From a virus (Duplodnaviria > Caudoviricetes), in the IMG/VR virus record IMGVR_UViG_2932588108_000002, positions 1 to 64,000 of that record: DNA of 64,000 bases. One strand, written 5' to 3'. Positions within the stretch are counted from its first letter, which is position 1. Every line of letters begins with the position of its first letter. Position numbers and translations under genes: made by a program. Below, in pieces: positions 27,147 to 36,673 of the stretch. The notes under the pieces are model-generated. The model did no database searches and was not told where the DNA came from. It saw nothing but the letters and a program-made list of their open reading frames with translations.

Positions 27147-28910
27147 ATGGCCGACCTACTCGTCGTCGCGGCTCTGTCAGAGGCTGTGGAGAACGCCTCG
27201 GCCGCGCGTCCTCTAGGCTCCAGAGGTTCTCGCGGTGAGATTGCGGAGAGCGGCCCCGCCGAGCTGACGCCTACGGCTACCGCGGTGCTGGCCGCAATTC
27301 CAGCCTGGTGGCGGGCTCAGGCTGCGGCAGCGGGCCTCACCGGCCGCTGGCTGGACATCGAAACGGCGCTCCAAGCAGACCCGCCCGTTGACGTTCCGAG
27401 CGATCCTCCCCTAGGCGACTCCTGGGGATCTCTTACGCCAGAGCAGGTGGGCGCTGCGTATGTGGAGGCCCTTTCGTCTGCCACGCGCGCGCGCCACGGC
27501 CGTCACTACACGCCACCCGAGCTCGCCTCACACTTGTGGAGGCTGGCACGCACGTCCCTGGATCTTCCTCCGCAGAAGCAGGTTCTTCCCGGGTTGGTGC
27601 GCGACCCAGCATGTGGCGCCGGAGCCCTTCTCCTACCAGCGTTGAGGGAACATCTCCATGCCTCCTTCGGCGTCGATCCGGCGCTGACGCTGGCGGGTCT
27701 CCCCAACCTGATCCAGGGAGTCGATACCGACCCAGCTGCCGTATGGGTCGCCAACGTCGTTCTGGCGGCGGAGATGCTTCCCACCCTCGCCCGCGTCCCC
27801 GAGAAGGTACGCAAACCGTTGCCGTCGCTGGCTCGCGTTGGCGACGGGCTTGCCGCCCCCGACCAGCAGGCGCGAGTCGTCATGATGAACCCGCCATACG
27901 GTCGCGTTCGACTCTCGCCCGGCGAACGCGACCGCTACGCGCATGTGCTGTACGGGCACGCCAACCTGTACGGCCTTTTCATGGCAGCGGCCGTGGCCTC
28001 CTTGGACGAGACGGGCGTTCTGGCGGCCCTTGTCCCCACGAGTTTCACCAGCGGACGCTATTTCTCAAAGCTGCGCACCTACCTGGGCCGCGAAGCTGGG
28101 ATGAGTGCCGTCACGTTCGTTGAGGACCGCAGCGGCGTGTTTACTTCCGTCCTGCAAGAGACTTGCCTGGCCACTTTCGAGCGTCGCCGACGGAAGAAGA
28201 CGCGGATCAGCAGCCTAGGCAGCGCAGAGACCACGATCGCGAGTGTGAAGACACAGAGGACCGGCGAGCCATGGGTATTGCCGCGCCGGTCGGATGACGC
28301 GCCCGTGGCTGCTGCTGCCTCCGCCATGACGGAGTCCCTCGCCTCACTAGGTTGGCGCGCTTCGACCGGGCCACTTGTTTGGAATCGCCGCAGCACCGAC
28401 CTGCACGCAAACTGGGGTCCGTCTCGGTCTCACGTCATTTGGGCAGCAGATCTCGACGGTGGCATTTTGCACCGTGACGCGGCTCGTGACTCGATGCGAT
28501 ACCTGGCGCTCACTGCGGCGTCTGACCTCAAGGTCATGGTTTTGGATGAGCCGGCAATCCTGGTACAGCGCACGACGGCTCCTGAACAGTCACGAAGACT
28601 TGTAGCCGCTCTCCTCGACGACGAAGCGCTGAAAGTTCGCCATGGGCGGGTCACGGTTGAGAACCACGTCAACGTTCTGCGGCCTACCGCTGCTGACCCC
28701 GTACTCACAAACGAAGCTATGACGCGATTGTTGGCCACAAGAGCACTGGACAGGGTAGTGCGCTGCATCTCGGGTTCCGTCGCGCTTAGCGCATACGAAC
28801 TGGAATCGATCCCGCTGCCCGACCGTGATGTGGTGGCCAAGTGGAACGACCTTGAGGGCGACGCGCTCGAAGCCGCCGTTGCCGCCGCTTACCGGCCGGA
28901 AGGCAGCTGA
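27147..28910 (+). CDS. Type II RM N6-adenine methyltransferase (gamma class, BsuBI/PstI-associated)
   Basis: GRHYTP, RDPACGAGA, MMNPPY, NLYGLF, VPTSFTSGRYF..LR, STGPLVWNR, ENHVN. Confidence 0.9.
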   Translation: MADLLVVAALSEAVENASAARPLGSRGSRGEIAESGPAELTPTATAVLAAIPAWWRAQAAAAGLTGRWLDIETALQADPPVDVPSDPPLGDSWGSLTPEQVGAAYVEALSSATRARHGRHYTPPELASHLWRLARTSLDLPPQKQVLPGLVRDPACGAGALLLPALREHLHASFGVDPALTLAGLPNLIQGVDTDPAAVWVANVVLAAEMLPTLARVPEKVRKPLPSLARVGDGLAAPDQQARVVMMNPPYGRVRLSPGERDRYAHVLYGHANLYGLFMAAAVASLDETGVLAALVPTSFTSGRYFSKLRTYLGREAGMSAVTFVEDRSGVFTSVLQETCLATFERRRRKKTRISSLGSAETTIASVKTQRTGEPWVLPRRSDDAPVAAAASAMTESLASLGWRASTGPLVWNRRSTDLHANWGPSRSHVIWAADLDGGILHRDAARDSMRYLALTAASDLKVMVLDEPAILVQRTTAPEQSRRLVAALLDDEALKVRHGRVTVENHVNVLRPTAADPVLTNEAMTRLLATRALDRVVRCISGSVALSAYELESIPLPDRDVVAKWNDLEGDALEAAVAAAYRPEGS

Positions 28911-28911
28911 G

Positions 28912-30006
28912 TTGAGGAAGATCATTAGTCCCGAAGAAGCCGAACGGCGACTTCAAGTCATCTTCCCCCGCGCGGCCTTCGACACGGTACTTTCATCGCC
29001 ATTGGCGGGAATGGCAGTAGCCGCTCTGATCTACGTGGAAGCGGTATGCAGTTCGAGCGACGAGGCGGAGACCGTCCAGTGGGCACGTCCTTCCACCGTC
29101 GTATGGATGTCCACGGCCACGCTTGAGCACGAGGCAGACGATGAGCGCCTCGCCTGGCGCGCTGCCGCGCTGAAGAATCAGAAGTACGTGCAGGACCTCC
29201 AAGAATCATGGGGCATCCCATTCCAGCCCAAATACAAAGACAACAGTCGCGAAACCCTTCGCGACGAGACTTTCCGGGCCTGGCGGGAACATAACGCGAT
29301 CCGAAAGCGGTCTGGGCTTCCCAGTAACAGCAGCAAACCCACTTGGTCACTGCTCGACGACTTCGCAGACCTGTTCGATCCCGACATGCCGGATGAACTC
29401 TTCAGAGAAGCCGCCGCCCAATGGCGCGACAAGCGTATGACCCCTGGTACCAAACTCAAAGCGCTCCGCGCCCTTAACGCGGAGGCCGCCCAGCATGCCG
29501 TAGTTGTAACGCTCCCCGACGGCACGACTCGGACTCTCGAACCTGGCGGCTCCTCCCTCATAATCAAGGGCGTCATCGAGGAGTGGGCTCCAGTTCGCCT
29601 GGGGCAGCCGGTAGTTCTGGCAATCTCTGAGCCAGGCGACAAAGTCCACCTCGGGGACAAGAAGATGCTTCAGGCGCTCGGCATCAAGATTGATCCCAAA
29701 GACGTACTCCCCGACGTTTTGATCGCCGACGCGAACCCAGACCCGGTCGTGTTTTGGATCATCGAAGCCGTAGCGTCAGACGGAGCCGTGACTACTGGGC
29801 GCCGCAAGGCGCTTTTGGAGTGGGCCGCACAGCAAAACATCAAACCGGATCACTGTTCGTTTCTCAGCGCCTTCAGGTCTCGAAACGCCGCCCCGGCCAG
29901 GAAGCGCCTCAAAGACCTCGCCCCTAACACCTGGGCGTGGTTCACTGACGAACCTGGTCACGAACTCTCCTGGTATCAGATGTTTCCCACCGCAGAGGAA
30001 GTCTGA
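28912..30006 (+). CDS. BsuBI/PstI-family type II restriction endonuclease
   Basis: YKDNSRETLRDET, LEPGGSS.IIK.VIEE, LPDVLIAD...IEAVASDG.V, AWFTDEP. Confidence 0.88.
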   Translation: MRKIISPEEAERRLQVIFPRAAFDTVLSSPLAGMAVAALIYVEAVCSSSDEAETVQWARPSTVVWMSTATLEHEADDERLAWRAAALKNQKYVQDLQESWGIPFQPKYKDNSRETLRDETFRAWREHNAIRKRSGLPSNSSKPTWSLLDDFADLFDPDMPDELFREAAAQWRDKRMTPGTKLKALRALNAEAAQHAVVVTLPDGTTRTLEPGGSSLIIKGVIEEWAPVRLGQPVVLAISEPGDKVHLGDKKMLQALGIKIDPKDVLPDVLIADANPDPVVFWIIEAVASDGAVTTGRRKALLEWAAQQNIKPDHCSFLSAFRSRNAAPARKRLKDLAPNTWAWFTDEPGHELSWYQMFPTAEEV

Positions 30007-30083
30007 TCACCCCAGGGACATCACTCGCTCCGTCGCGTTCTCCGGAGCCGTGGAACGGGTAAGGGCCCTTTGATCTGGGCGGA

Positions 30084-31256
30084 TCACTTCGACGTTTGAG
30101 CCTCCGGGCTGTGCACCGGGATCTTCCTGAAAGGGTCCTTGGACGTGTCCTTGGCCGGGCGCACGTACCTCTCCCGTGGGATGCGCGAACCCTTCTTCCA
30201 GCGCCCTGCTTCCTCGAGTTCTTCGTCCGTTGCGCCGTTCACGCCGAGGTCGGTGGCACCGCCAGCGCGGAGGCTGTGCGAGGACACGGGCCTGCCATCG
30301 GTCTTGAGCCCGGCCGCCGCGAACCACAGCTTTACCCGCTCGTTGACGGTCTGCGGGCGCAGGTAGGCGCCGCGTTTGGTGGCACCCCGCCTCGCCCGGG
30401 TCTCCGGCGAGGCCACTCTGCCACTCCGTAGAACTTCTCGGAACACAGGGCCGGTCGTGATGCCTTGCTCGGCAAGGTAGCCAACCCAGCGGCGCAACCG
30501 GAAGATCAAGTTGAGGTCCGGCCGGTCGTGGAGGACGAGCGTCTGTTCCTCGCCCTTGTGGGTCTTGTCCTCGGCAAGCCACACCAGCACTCGGTCGTCG
30601 AGGATGGTCACGTCCTCGAGGTCCAGGTCGACGTCTTCGATGCTGCGGCCGAGGAACCGGTACCCGAAAGCGAACATCGCCGAATCGCGCCAGCCGATCG
30701 GCCGGTCGTCGGCCTCCGCCTTCTCGATCATCGGGACTAGGTACGGCAGCGTGATGGGGAACGCTTCCTTCCTGCGCAGAGCCCGCTTGTTCTTCCGCCG
30801 GTACTGCGCCAGAAGCATCAGGTACAGACTGTTGTCCGGCTTCTTCCCGGCCGGCATCGACGTCCGGATCAGGGACATGTAGTGCCGGATCGTGCTCACC
30901 TTGAGGCCCTGCGCCATCAGGTGACGGCCGTATTCGGTGTACGTCGCCGTCGTGCACGGCTTCGCCACCCGCCCCTGCTCCGCACACCACGCCTCGAACA
31001 GCCGCATGGCAGTGCGCCGCTGGGGTGACCCCTCCTCCTCGGCCTCCTTGATGGCGGCGGCGGTTTCCTCGCTGACGTACAGGTCCCGCTCTGTGTACGT
31101 AGTGCCCGGATCCGTGCTAGTCGGGATCTCCTCGCCGGGCATCAGCACCGTGTGCGCGTCGACGAGCGGCCGCCCGGCCGGCTCGGCATAGGGCAGCAGC
31201 TCACCATCCTCGACGAGTTCGGCGTCAACGATCTCGTCCTGGTCGCGCAGGCTCAT
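30084..31256 (-). CDS. Tyrosine recombinase (Cre/resolvase-like)
   Basis: SAM-like N-domain; RDSA..FGYRFLGRSIE, DKT, SSHSLRAGGAT, GRW, RERY. Confidence 0.9.
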   Translation of the reverse strand: MSLRDQDEIVDAELVEDGELLPYAEPAGRPLVDAHTVLMPGEEIPTSTDPGTTYTERDLYVSEETAAAIKEAEEEGSPQRRTAMRLFEAWCAEQGRVAKPCTTATYTEYGRHLMAQGLKVSTIRHYMSLIRTSMPAGKKPDNSLYLMLLAQYRRKNKRALRRKEAFPITLPYLVPMIEKAEADDRPIGWRDSAMFAFGYRFLGRSIEDVDLDLEDVTILDDRVLVWLAEDKTHKGEEQTLVLHDRPDLNLIFRLRRWVGYLAEQGITTGPVFREVLRSGRVASPETRARRGATKRGAYLRPQTVNERVKLWFAAAGLKTDGRPVSSHSLRAGGATDLGVNGATDEELEEAGRWKKGSRIPRERYVRPAKDTSKDPFRKIPVHSPEAQTSK

Positions 31257-31618
31257 TCCGGGGTCACGTCTTCCTCGGGCTTCGCCTGGAGCTGATGCAG
31301 CAGCGCGTGCAGGGTGATGATCTGCGAGTTGGTGGACGTGCCCGTCTCGGTGAGCTGTTGAACCAGGTGCAGGAGGCTTCCGACTCCCTGCCGGTCCTGG
31401 TTGTAGAGCAGAACGAAGGCAGTTTGGTCAGTCGGGAGCTGCGTAGGGAAGTGCCCGACGCGTTGGCCCGCGAGTTCGCGCTCAATGCCCGCGATGATGC
31501 GCCGCCCTGCCTTACGTTCGCCCGCCACCGCCAGCAGCTCCTGCACACTCGTCTGCCGCCAACCCCGGTCCTGCCCGGCGATCATTTCGGCGTACGTCTT
31601 CCACGGCGTATCAGTCAT
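31253..31618 (-). CDS. Small hypothetical protein, paralog of 32842-33252
   Basis: ELLAVAGERKAGRRIIAGIERELAGQRVGHFPTQLPTDQTAFVLLY. Confidence 0.75.
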   Translation of the reverse strand: MTDTPWKTYAEMIAGQDRGWRQTSVQELLAVAGERKAGRRIIAGIERELAGQRVGHFPTQLPTDQTAFVLLYNQDRQGVGSLLHLVQQLTETGTSTNSQIITLHALLHQLQAKPEEDVTPE

Positions 31619-31670
31619 CGGTCGCTCCACTTCCAGCAATCGGGGGTGCAGTCTTTCGATATGGCGGTGG

Positions 31671-32642
31671 TCAGTAGCGCTGCATTCTGTGCTCGACACA
31701 GTTGCCACACATGTCCGCTTCCGGGATGGCGAAGGTGCTGACGGCGAGCCCGCAGTATCCGCAGACTCCAGCGCATTCGATCCCGCAGAAGAGGCAAAGC
31801 AGCGTGGAGGCTTCGCCGTCACCTCCGATTGGGACATCGGTCACGGCTTCTGTGCCGCACTCGTCGCATTGGTGCACCGGGGATGGGCCACCGCCCGTGA
31901 TGATCTCGTGCTCTGAGGTGTCCGCGTAGATCCAGGCTGCTTCTGTCGGCGGGCCCAGGTGGGAGTCACAGACCACGCAGGTGAGATCGGCGCCGCCCTG
32001 TACGGGGACTGCGAGAGCTGCGCAGACAGGGCAACCGAGGATGGTGGGAAACTGGCCCAACAGCTCCCGGGCGGGTTCCATGCGCCGGTCTACGAGACGT
32101 TGGATGCGGCCAAGCCCCGGGCGGATGCGTTCCACGGCCTCCTCGGCAAGCGTCAGCTCCTCTTCCTCTACCAAGGGCAGCAGGTCCTCGCGTACGAAGG
32201 TGAGCAAGTTGTCGAGCACGGGCGTCGTGAGCACTTCGACGGTGATGGAGCCCTCCGTGACTCCGACGTGCGCGAAGCGGTTGCGCATCTGAGCGAGAGC
32301 CTTGAAGTGCCGCGGTTCCAGCAGCGTGGTGTCAAGGTCGCACTCCTTGATGACTCGCTTGCGGGCGTCCTCCCAGCCGCAGCTCTTGAAGTCCCCTCGT
32401 GCATGCTTGGCCGGGTCGTAGCCGTCTGGCGTTGCCCACACGAGGGCGGGATTCTTCATCGCGAGCCGCGCCTTGAACAACGTCTCGGCCGCGGATGCCA
32501 GGTGCACCACGGCGTACTTCAGGTTCCGGGGCGGTACCTCTTCCTGCGCGGCAAGCAGATCGACAGTGCTCTCCAAGAAGTCGAGCCCGTTGAGCACGGG
32601 CGGAAAGTTGATGCTCGGCCCGCTTCCCTTTGTCGCGCTCAC
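31671..32642 (-). CDS. HEPN-like domain protein with C-terminal zinc ribbons
   Basis: LKYAVVHLASAAETLFKARL; RxxxxH motif RNRFAH; six CxxC pairs in the C-terminal third. Confidence 0.7.
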   Translation of the reverse strand: MSATKGSGPSINFPPVLNGLDFLESTVDLLAAQEEVPPRNLKYAVVHLASAAETLFKARLAMKNPALVWATPDGYDPAKHARGDFKSCGWEDARKRVIKECDLDTTLLEPRHFKALAQMRNRFAHVGVTEGSITVEVLTTPVLDNLLTFVREDLLPLVEEEELTLAEEAVERIRPGLGRIQRLVDRRMEPARELLGQFPTILGCPVCAALAVPVQGGADLTCVVCDSHLGPPTEAAWIYADTSEHEIITGGGPSPVHQCDECGTEAVTDVPIGGDGEASTLLCLFCGIECAGVCGYCGLAVSTFAIPEADMCGNCVEHRMQRY

Positions 32643-32854
32643 TGCCGCGCCTCCGCAGAGGGTCCGTAGTGGCTGTTATCGACCAGGTCGTCGTGCTCCT
32701 TCTTCGCGGCGCGGTACTTCTCCCGGTACTCCTTCACAGCCAGAGTGCTTTCTGCCGTCGGGTACTTGGTGTGCAGTTCCTCGTCGAGACGCGCGTCGAT
32801 GAACTCGTAGAAGGCGAGCGCGATCTGCCCGTTGACGGCGCTCACAGCTTCCAC
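32639..32854 (-). CDS. Small hypothetical protein
   Basis: Overlaps both neighbours, operon-like. Confidence 0.55.
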   Translation of the reverse strand: MEAVSAVNGQIALAFYEFIDARLDEELHTKYPTAESTLAVKEYREKYRAAKKEHDDLVDNSHYGPSAEARQ

Positions 32855-33252
32855 GGCCGGCCTTCTCCTCCTGCACGGCGGTCGGCGTTCAGCTTCAACG
32901 ACGTGGCTTCCTTGAGGACGTGGTCCAGGTTGTGGACCGTCGTGTTGCGCTCATCCGCCGGGTCCTGGAGAGCGAGTTCGTGGACCAGACTCAGGAGGTA
33001 GCCGACTCCGTTGTGATCCTTGCTGTAGAGCAGGACGCGGCGCGTGCTGTCGGTCGGGAGCTTGGTCGGCAGGTGACCGATGTTGTGCTCGGCCAGCTTC
33101 TGCTCGATGCGCTCGATGACGCGGGCCCCGGCCTTCTGTGCACCGGCGAGGCGCACCAGGTTCTCGACGTCGCGTGCCTCGTGCCCGGCCCATCTCAACC
33201 TATGAGCCAGGCTCTCCCACTCGTTCATGTCTTCCCACCGCTTCACGGCCAC
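32842..33252 (-). CDS. Small hypothetical protein, paralog of 31253-31618
   Basis: NLVRLAGAQKAGARVIERIEQKLAEHNIGHLPTKLPTDSTRRVLLY. Confidence 0.75.
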   Translation of the reverse strand: MAVKRWEDMNEWESLAHRLRWAGHEARDVENLVRLAGAQKAGARVIERIEQKLAEHNIGHLPTKLPTDSTRRVLLYSKDHNGVGYLLSLVHELALQDPADERNTTVHNLDHVLKEATSLKLNADRRAGGEGRPWKL

Positions 33253-33294
33253 CTCTGCCCCGCCTCGCGTTGTGATCTGATGTCGCGCCAACTT

Positions 33295-33335
33295 TAGCGA
33301 CAACAATCACAGTTGTTGTCGGCTACTAATTAGTA
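33295..33335. promoter_or_regulatory. AT-rich dyad: 12/13-bp arms with 6-bp spacer plus an adjacent 12-bp palindrome
   Basis: TAGCGACAACAA-TCACAG-TTGTTGTCGGCTA and TACTAATTAGTA between divergent genes. Confidence 0.6.
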
Positions 33336-33399
33336 ACAACGGGAGGTCATCACCGAAGGGCGGACAGCACCGCCCGAACCCCGAACGAACGACACCGCC

Positions 33400-33659
33400 A
33401 TGCAGAAGCTGAAGCTGTTCGCGTACGCCCTCGCGCTCCTGACCCTCGCGCACCCACCCTCATTCCACCTGCCCTCGGCACACTCGGCGTCACGGCCGCC
33501 GCGGTGGCCACCGCCATCGGATGATTCCTGGCGAACCCGTCGCTCACCCTCACGATCACGGCCCGCCGGCTACTGATCCGCGCCTTCCCCAGCGTTCCAC
33601 GGTGGTTGAGCCGTGCACTAGTCGCTTCAGTCGCTGCAACAGCCCCCGTCAAGGCGTAA
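33400..33659 (+). pseudogene. Frameshifted small membrane-protein gene
   Basis: MQKLKLFAYALALLTLA, then hydrophobic coding continues in another frame with an internal TGA; degenerate leader element at 33358-33399. Confidence 0.45.
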
Positions 33660-33792
33660 CACGACCGCCGTTCGAGCCGTTCGATTCTTCGCTCAGAACG
33701 ATTCTCTGCTCACCCCTGTCTGTGGCCACGGGCCTGCTGCCGCGCCAACTCGGCGGAGAGCACCGCTGGAATCCCGAAGGAAGGAACACCGT

Positions 33793-34302
33793 ATGTCCCG
33801 TCGCATCGTCGTCACTGCCCTGCAATACCAGGAGATCCTGGCGCGACGACGCGCCGCCCAACCACCCGTGGCCGCCGCCGCATCACGGAAGAAGGCCAGT
33901 AAGAGGCCTGCCGCGCACCCGGGCCCGCCGTCCATCCCGGCGGGGCCCGAGATCCCGCCGCTGCTCTCCGACCTGTCCGGCGTGGGGCACGTCCGAACGA
34001 CCCTCATGCCGTACGTGGAGGAGATGCTGACAAGCAATCAGTGCCTTCACCGGATGACCGAACACAAGATCAAGAAGCAGCTTCGCGCCGACGCTGCACA
34101 GATGATCACCCTTCAGCGTTTGCCCCGTCTCCAACGCGCGGCGATCTTCTATGTGCTGCACTCACGCCCCATCAACCAGAAGCGGGACCCCGGGAACTGG
34201 GCGTCGACAGCGAAGGCGTACATCGACGGTGATCAGGGGCTACCGGCGGCCTTCGCCGTGCCCATTTACCCGCCCCACGCCGGGCGGCGAAGCCGGCCTT
34301 AG
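33793..34302 (+). pseudogene. RusA-like Holliday junction resolvase, apparently 3'-truncated
   Basis: LTSNQ.LH...KRDPGNW..TAKAYIDG, after which the expected L..AG...DD motif is absent; leader element at 33751-33790. Confidence 0.55.
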
Positions 34303-34687
34303 TTGCTGACCTGACACTCCCCAAATCCACCCCAACTCGACCAGGCTGCGGTGTAGTTACGTTCGACCGCACATACCTTGAGCCGTGCTACATTCGAACC
34401 GGTAAGTCGTCAGGCTCTCTACTTGAGGCCTCGCGGTCTGCTTCCCGAGCATTCCGGCTGGGTGCACTGCGGCAATCGCAATGCACACCCGCACGGCGTG
34501 AGCTGGAATCAATGAGGCGGACCCTCCAGACTCCGAGCTAGCTTGCTTGCTTGGACTGTTGGCGACTGCCGAGAGCCGAGAACATTTGCGCACACGTCGG
34601 CGCGGGTGTCTCGGTCCGAACCGTAAGGGTTCGGATCGAGGCTGCCTGCGCACCCGATCCGACCCATGACAGGGAAGGTAGGGATCG

Positions 34688-34885
34688 GTGGACGGCGCAG
34701 CCATCCTCTTCATTCTCGCCGTCGCTGGCGTGGCTTCGATCTGCCTCTTCGCTCTGAAGGGGCTACTCGACCAGGTCCCGGATGTGATCGACTCCGCCGG
34801 GAAAGCACGCGACGCGTGGCACCGCTTCAAGAAGCCCGAGGAGCGGCCCCGGGTAGACGACGAGGAGCCGCCCGCTGCCGCTTAG
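34688..34885 (+). CDS. Small single-TM protein
   Basis: AILFILAVAGVASICLFAL. Confidence 0.6.
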   Translation: MDGAAILFILAVAGVASICLFALKGLLDQVPDVIDSAGKARDAWHRFKKPEERPRVDDEEPPAAA

Positions 34886-34954
34886 GCCCGTCGTGGGGTC
34901 TTCGTCGCTCTCCCTGACGCGTAAATACGGACCGCTGCGGAACACGGGGCCGTC

Positions 34955-35179
34955 GTGACGCGCCCCAGGAAGAGGGAGTTCGCCCCCGACGAGCTGACCG
35001 AGCTCATCGGGGGCGAGCTGCATCCCACGATGCCGCTCGAGGGCTGGCGCACGGTGACGCTGCACTGCCAGGTCGACGCGATCGGCCCGTCCGACCGGCA
35101 CCCGGACTTGGTCAGGCTGGAGGTGTCGTTCCCTCCGGGGTCGGCGTCTGCCCCGCCGGGTCCTGGCCCGCGTCGTTGA
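34955..35179 (+). CDS. Small hypothetical protein
   Basis: ORF with plausible codon usage. Confidence 0.45.
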   Translation: MTRPRKREFAPDELTELIGGELHPTMPLEGWRTVTLHCQVDAIGPSDRHPDLVRLEVSFPPGSASAPPGPGPRR

Positions 35180-35732
35180 TGCTTCGGAGCAACTCCTGCA
35201 GGCGCCGGCGGTCGTCGGCCAGATGCCGCACCCGGTAGGAGTTCTTCGCGAAGAAGATGCCTTGCACCGGCTCAAAGAGGGCCTGCACACGGCGAGCCCG
35301 TTCCACCACCTGCAGTTCGGTCAACCACGCCCCCCGCGCTGCCACTACCGCCCCCGTCAGCAACTGCTGCAGGTCCAACGGACCCGACGGGTAGGTCAAG
35401 ACGTACTGCTCGACGTGGTCGATCAGGTAGCGGGTGGACTCCTCCACCTGTTCCCCCCACCGGTCCAGCTCCCCCTGCAGTCGGCTGCGCACGGGTTCCG
35501 GCGCCTCGGCCGGCTCCATGTACTGAAGTCTGGCCGTCGCGGAGAGAATCGTCAGAACGTGCCCCGAGAAGGTGTCCCTCGCTGCCCAAGCCGCTTTGAT
35601 CCGCACCGACCGCGCTTCTAGCCGCGGCGCAAAGCGCGACACCGCGAAGGTGGTCGCCAACGTGGTGACCACGGCGATGATCACCGTCTTCATCCAAGGG
35701 TCGAGCACTGGCACTCCGTACGTAGCCCGCAA
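35112..35732 (-). CDS. N-terminally anchored helical hypothetical protein
   Basis: TM VIIAVVTTLATTFAV followed by a helical domain; start uncertain. Confidence 0.6.
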   Translation of the reverse strand: MRATYGVPVLDPWMKTVIIAVVTTLATTFAVSRFAPRLEARSVRIKAAWAARDTFSGHVLTILSATARLQYMEPAEAPEPVRSRLQGELDRWGEQVEESTRYLIDHVEQYVLTYPSGPLDLQQLLTGAVVAARGAWLTELQVVERARRVQALFEPVQGIFFAKNSYRVRHLADDRRRLQELLRSINDAGQDPAGQTPTPEGTTPPA

Positions 35733-35913
35733 CTGGCCCCCGCTTGCGGGAAGGTGGCGGGGGATCAGCTTCTACCACGCTGGCCGAATCATCCCGGTTC
35801 CCCCTGTCGCTCGGCCGCTCATCTCGCCGAGATTGACGAATTTCGGTGAGATCTTCCAATCTCCGTGATAGATCGGCACAATGGGGCTGTTGCTGATCTA
35901 GAGGGGGGTACCG

Positions 35914-36174
35914 GTGGCTGATCAAGAGTCGCCCCGAGTCCTACGGCTCACATTCGAGTTCCACGTGCCCGTCGGGCTGCGCGTCAACATCCATGGCTCA
36001 CGCGTGAGGAAGGCCGCTGAGGCGATCACCAGCGCCGTGCAGGCCCTGGCCGGTCAAGTCTTCCCGTGGGCCTCGGAAATGCGGGTCCGTCACGAATGGT
36101 CGTACGCCTGGCACGACCACAGGCCGGAGCCCATCAGCTTGCCGGCCACAGACAAGAACACGCCGAAGACGTAG
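35914..36174 (+). CDS. Small hypothetical protein
   Basis: GAGGGGG RBS before GTG. Confidence 0.55.
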   Translation: MADQESPRVLRLTFEFHVPVGLRVNIHGSRVRKAAEAITSAVQALAGQVFPWASEMRVRHEWSYAWHDHRPEPISLPATDKNTPKT

Positions 36175-36331
36175 CCGCGGGCTGAGCCCCGCGCGACAGA
36201 CCCACAACTGAACACCTGGCGTCATGGCCAGACCACCCCGGCGGAGAGCACCGCCGGACAGCCCGAACGAAGGAACTCGAAGGAAGTCCTGCGTATGACG
36301 CAGCCTCATCCATGGCCGATCAGCTGGAGGC

Positions 36332-36673
36332 ATGACCGTGCCGTTCGATCCCGACCGCCCGGCCCCGCCCAAGGGAATGAAGCACCGCACCGCTCGCGGC
36401 TACGTCATCGCCGGACCTGACGACCGCGGATGCTGCGTGATTCACGAGATGTGGGTTGATCCCGAGCACCGCGGCAGCGGCGAAGGACGCGCCCTGGTCA
36501 ACTTCGTTCGCGCGTGGGCACGCGAACGGAAACTCGGGCCACTCGTTGTCCACTGCTCGCCTCGCAACCAAGGCGGCCGGGCCTTCTACGAAGCCCTTGG
36601 CATGCGTGCCGTCGCCATCGTCTACCAAGAGGATCTAGACGGCGCAGAGCACGGTCACTCCGGATCGCGATAG
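36332..36673 (+). CDS. GNAT family N-acetyltransferase (short)
   Basis: IHEMWVDPEHRGSGEGRALV...N..GRAFYEALG. Confidence 0.8.
   Translation: MTVPFDPDRPAPPKGMKHRTARGYVIAGPDDRGCCVIHEMWVDPEHRGSGEGRALVNFVRAWARERKLGPLVVHCSPRNQGGRAFYEALGMRAVAIVYQEDLDGAEHGHSGSR

Noticed and set aside
34300-34680. Lower-GC stretch as an RNA gene or ORF
   Set aside because: No tRNA cloverleaf, stable repeat or convincing codon bias seen; likely decayed insertion debris.
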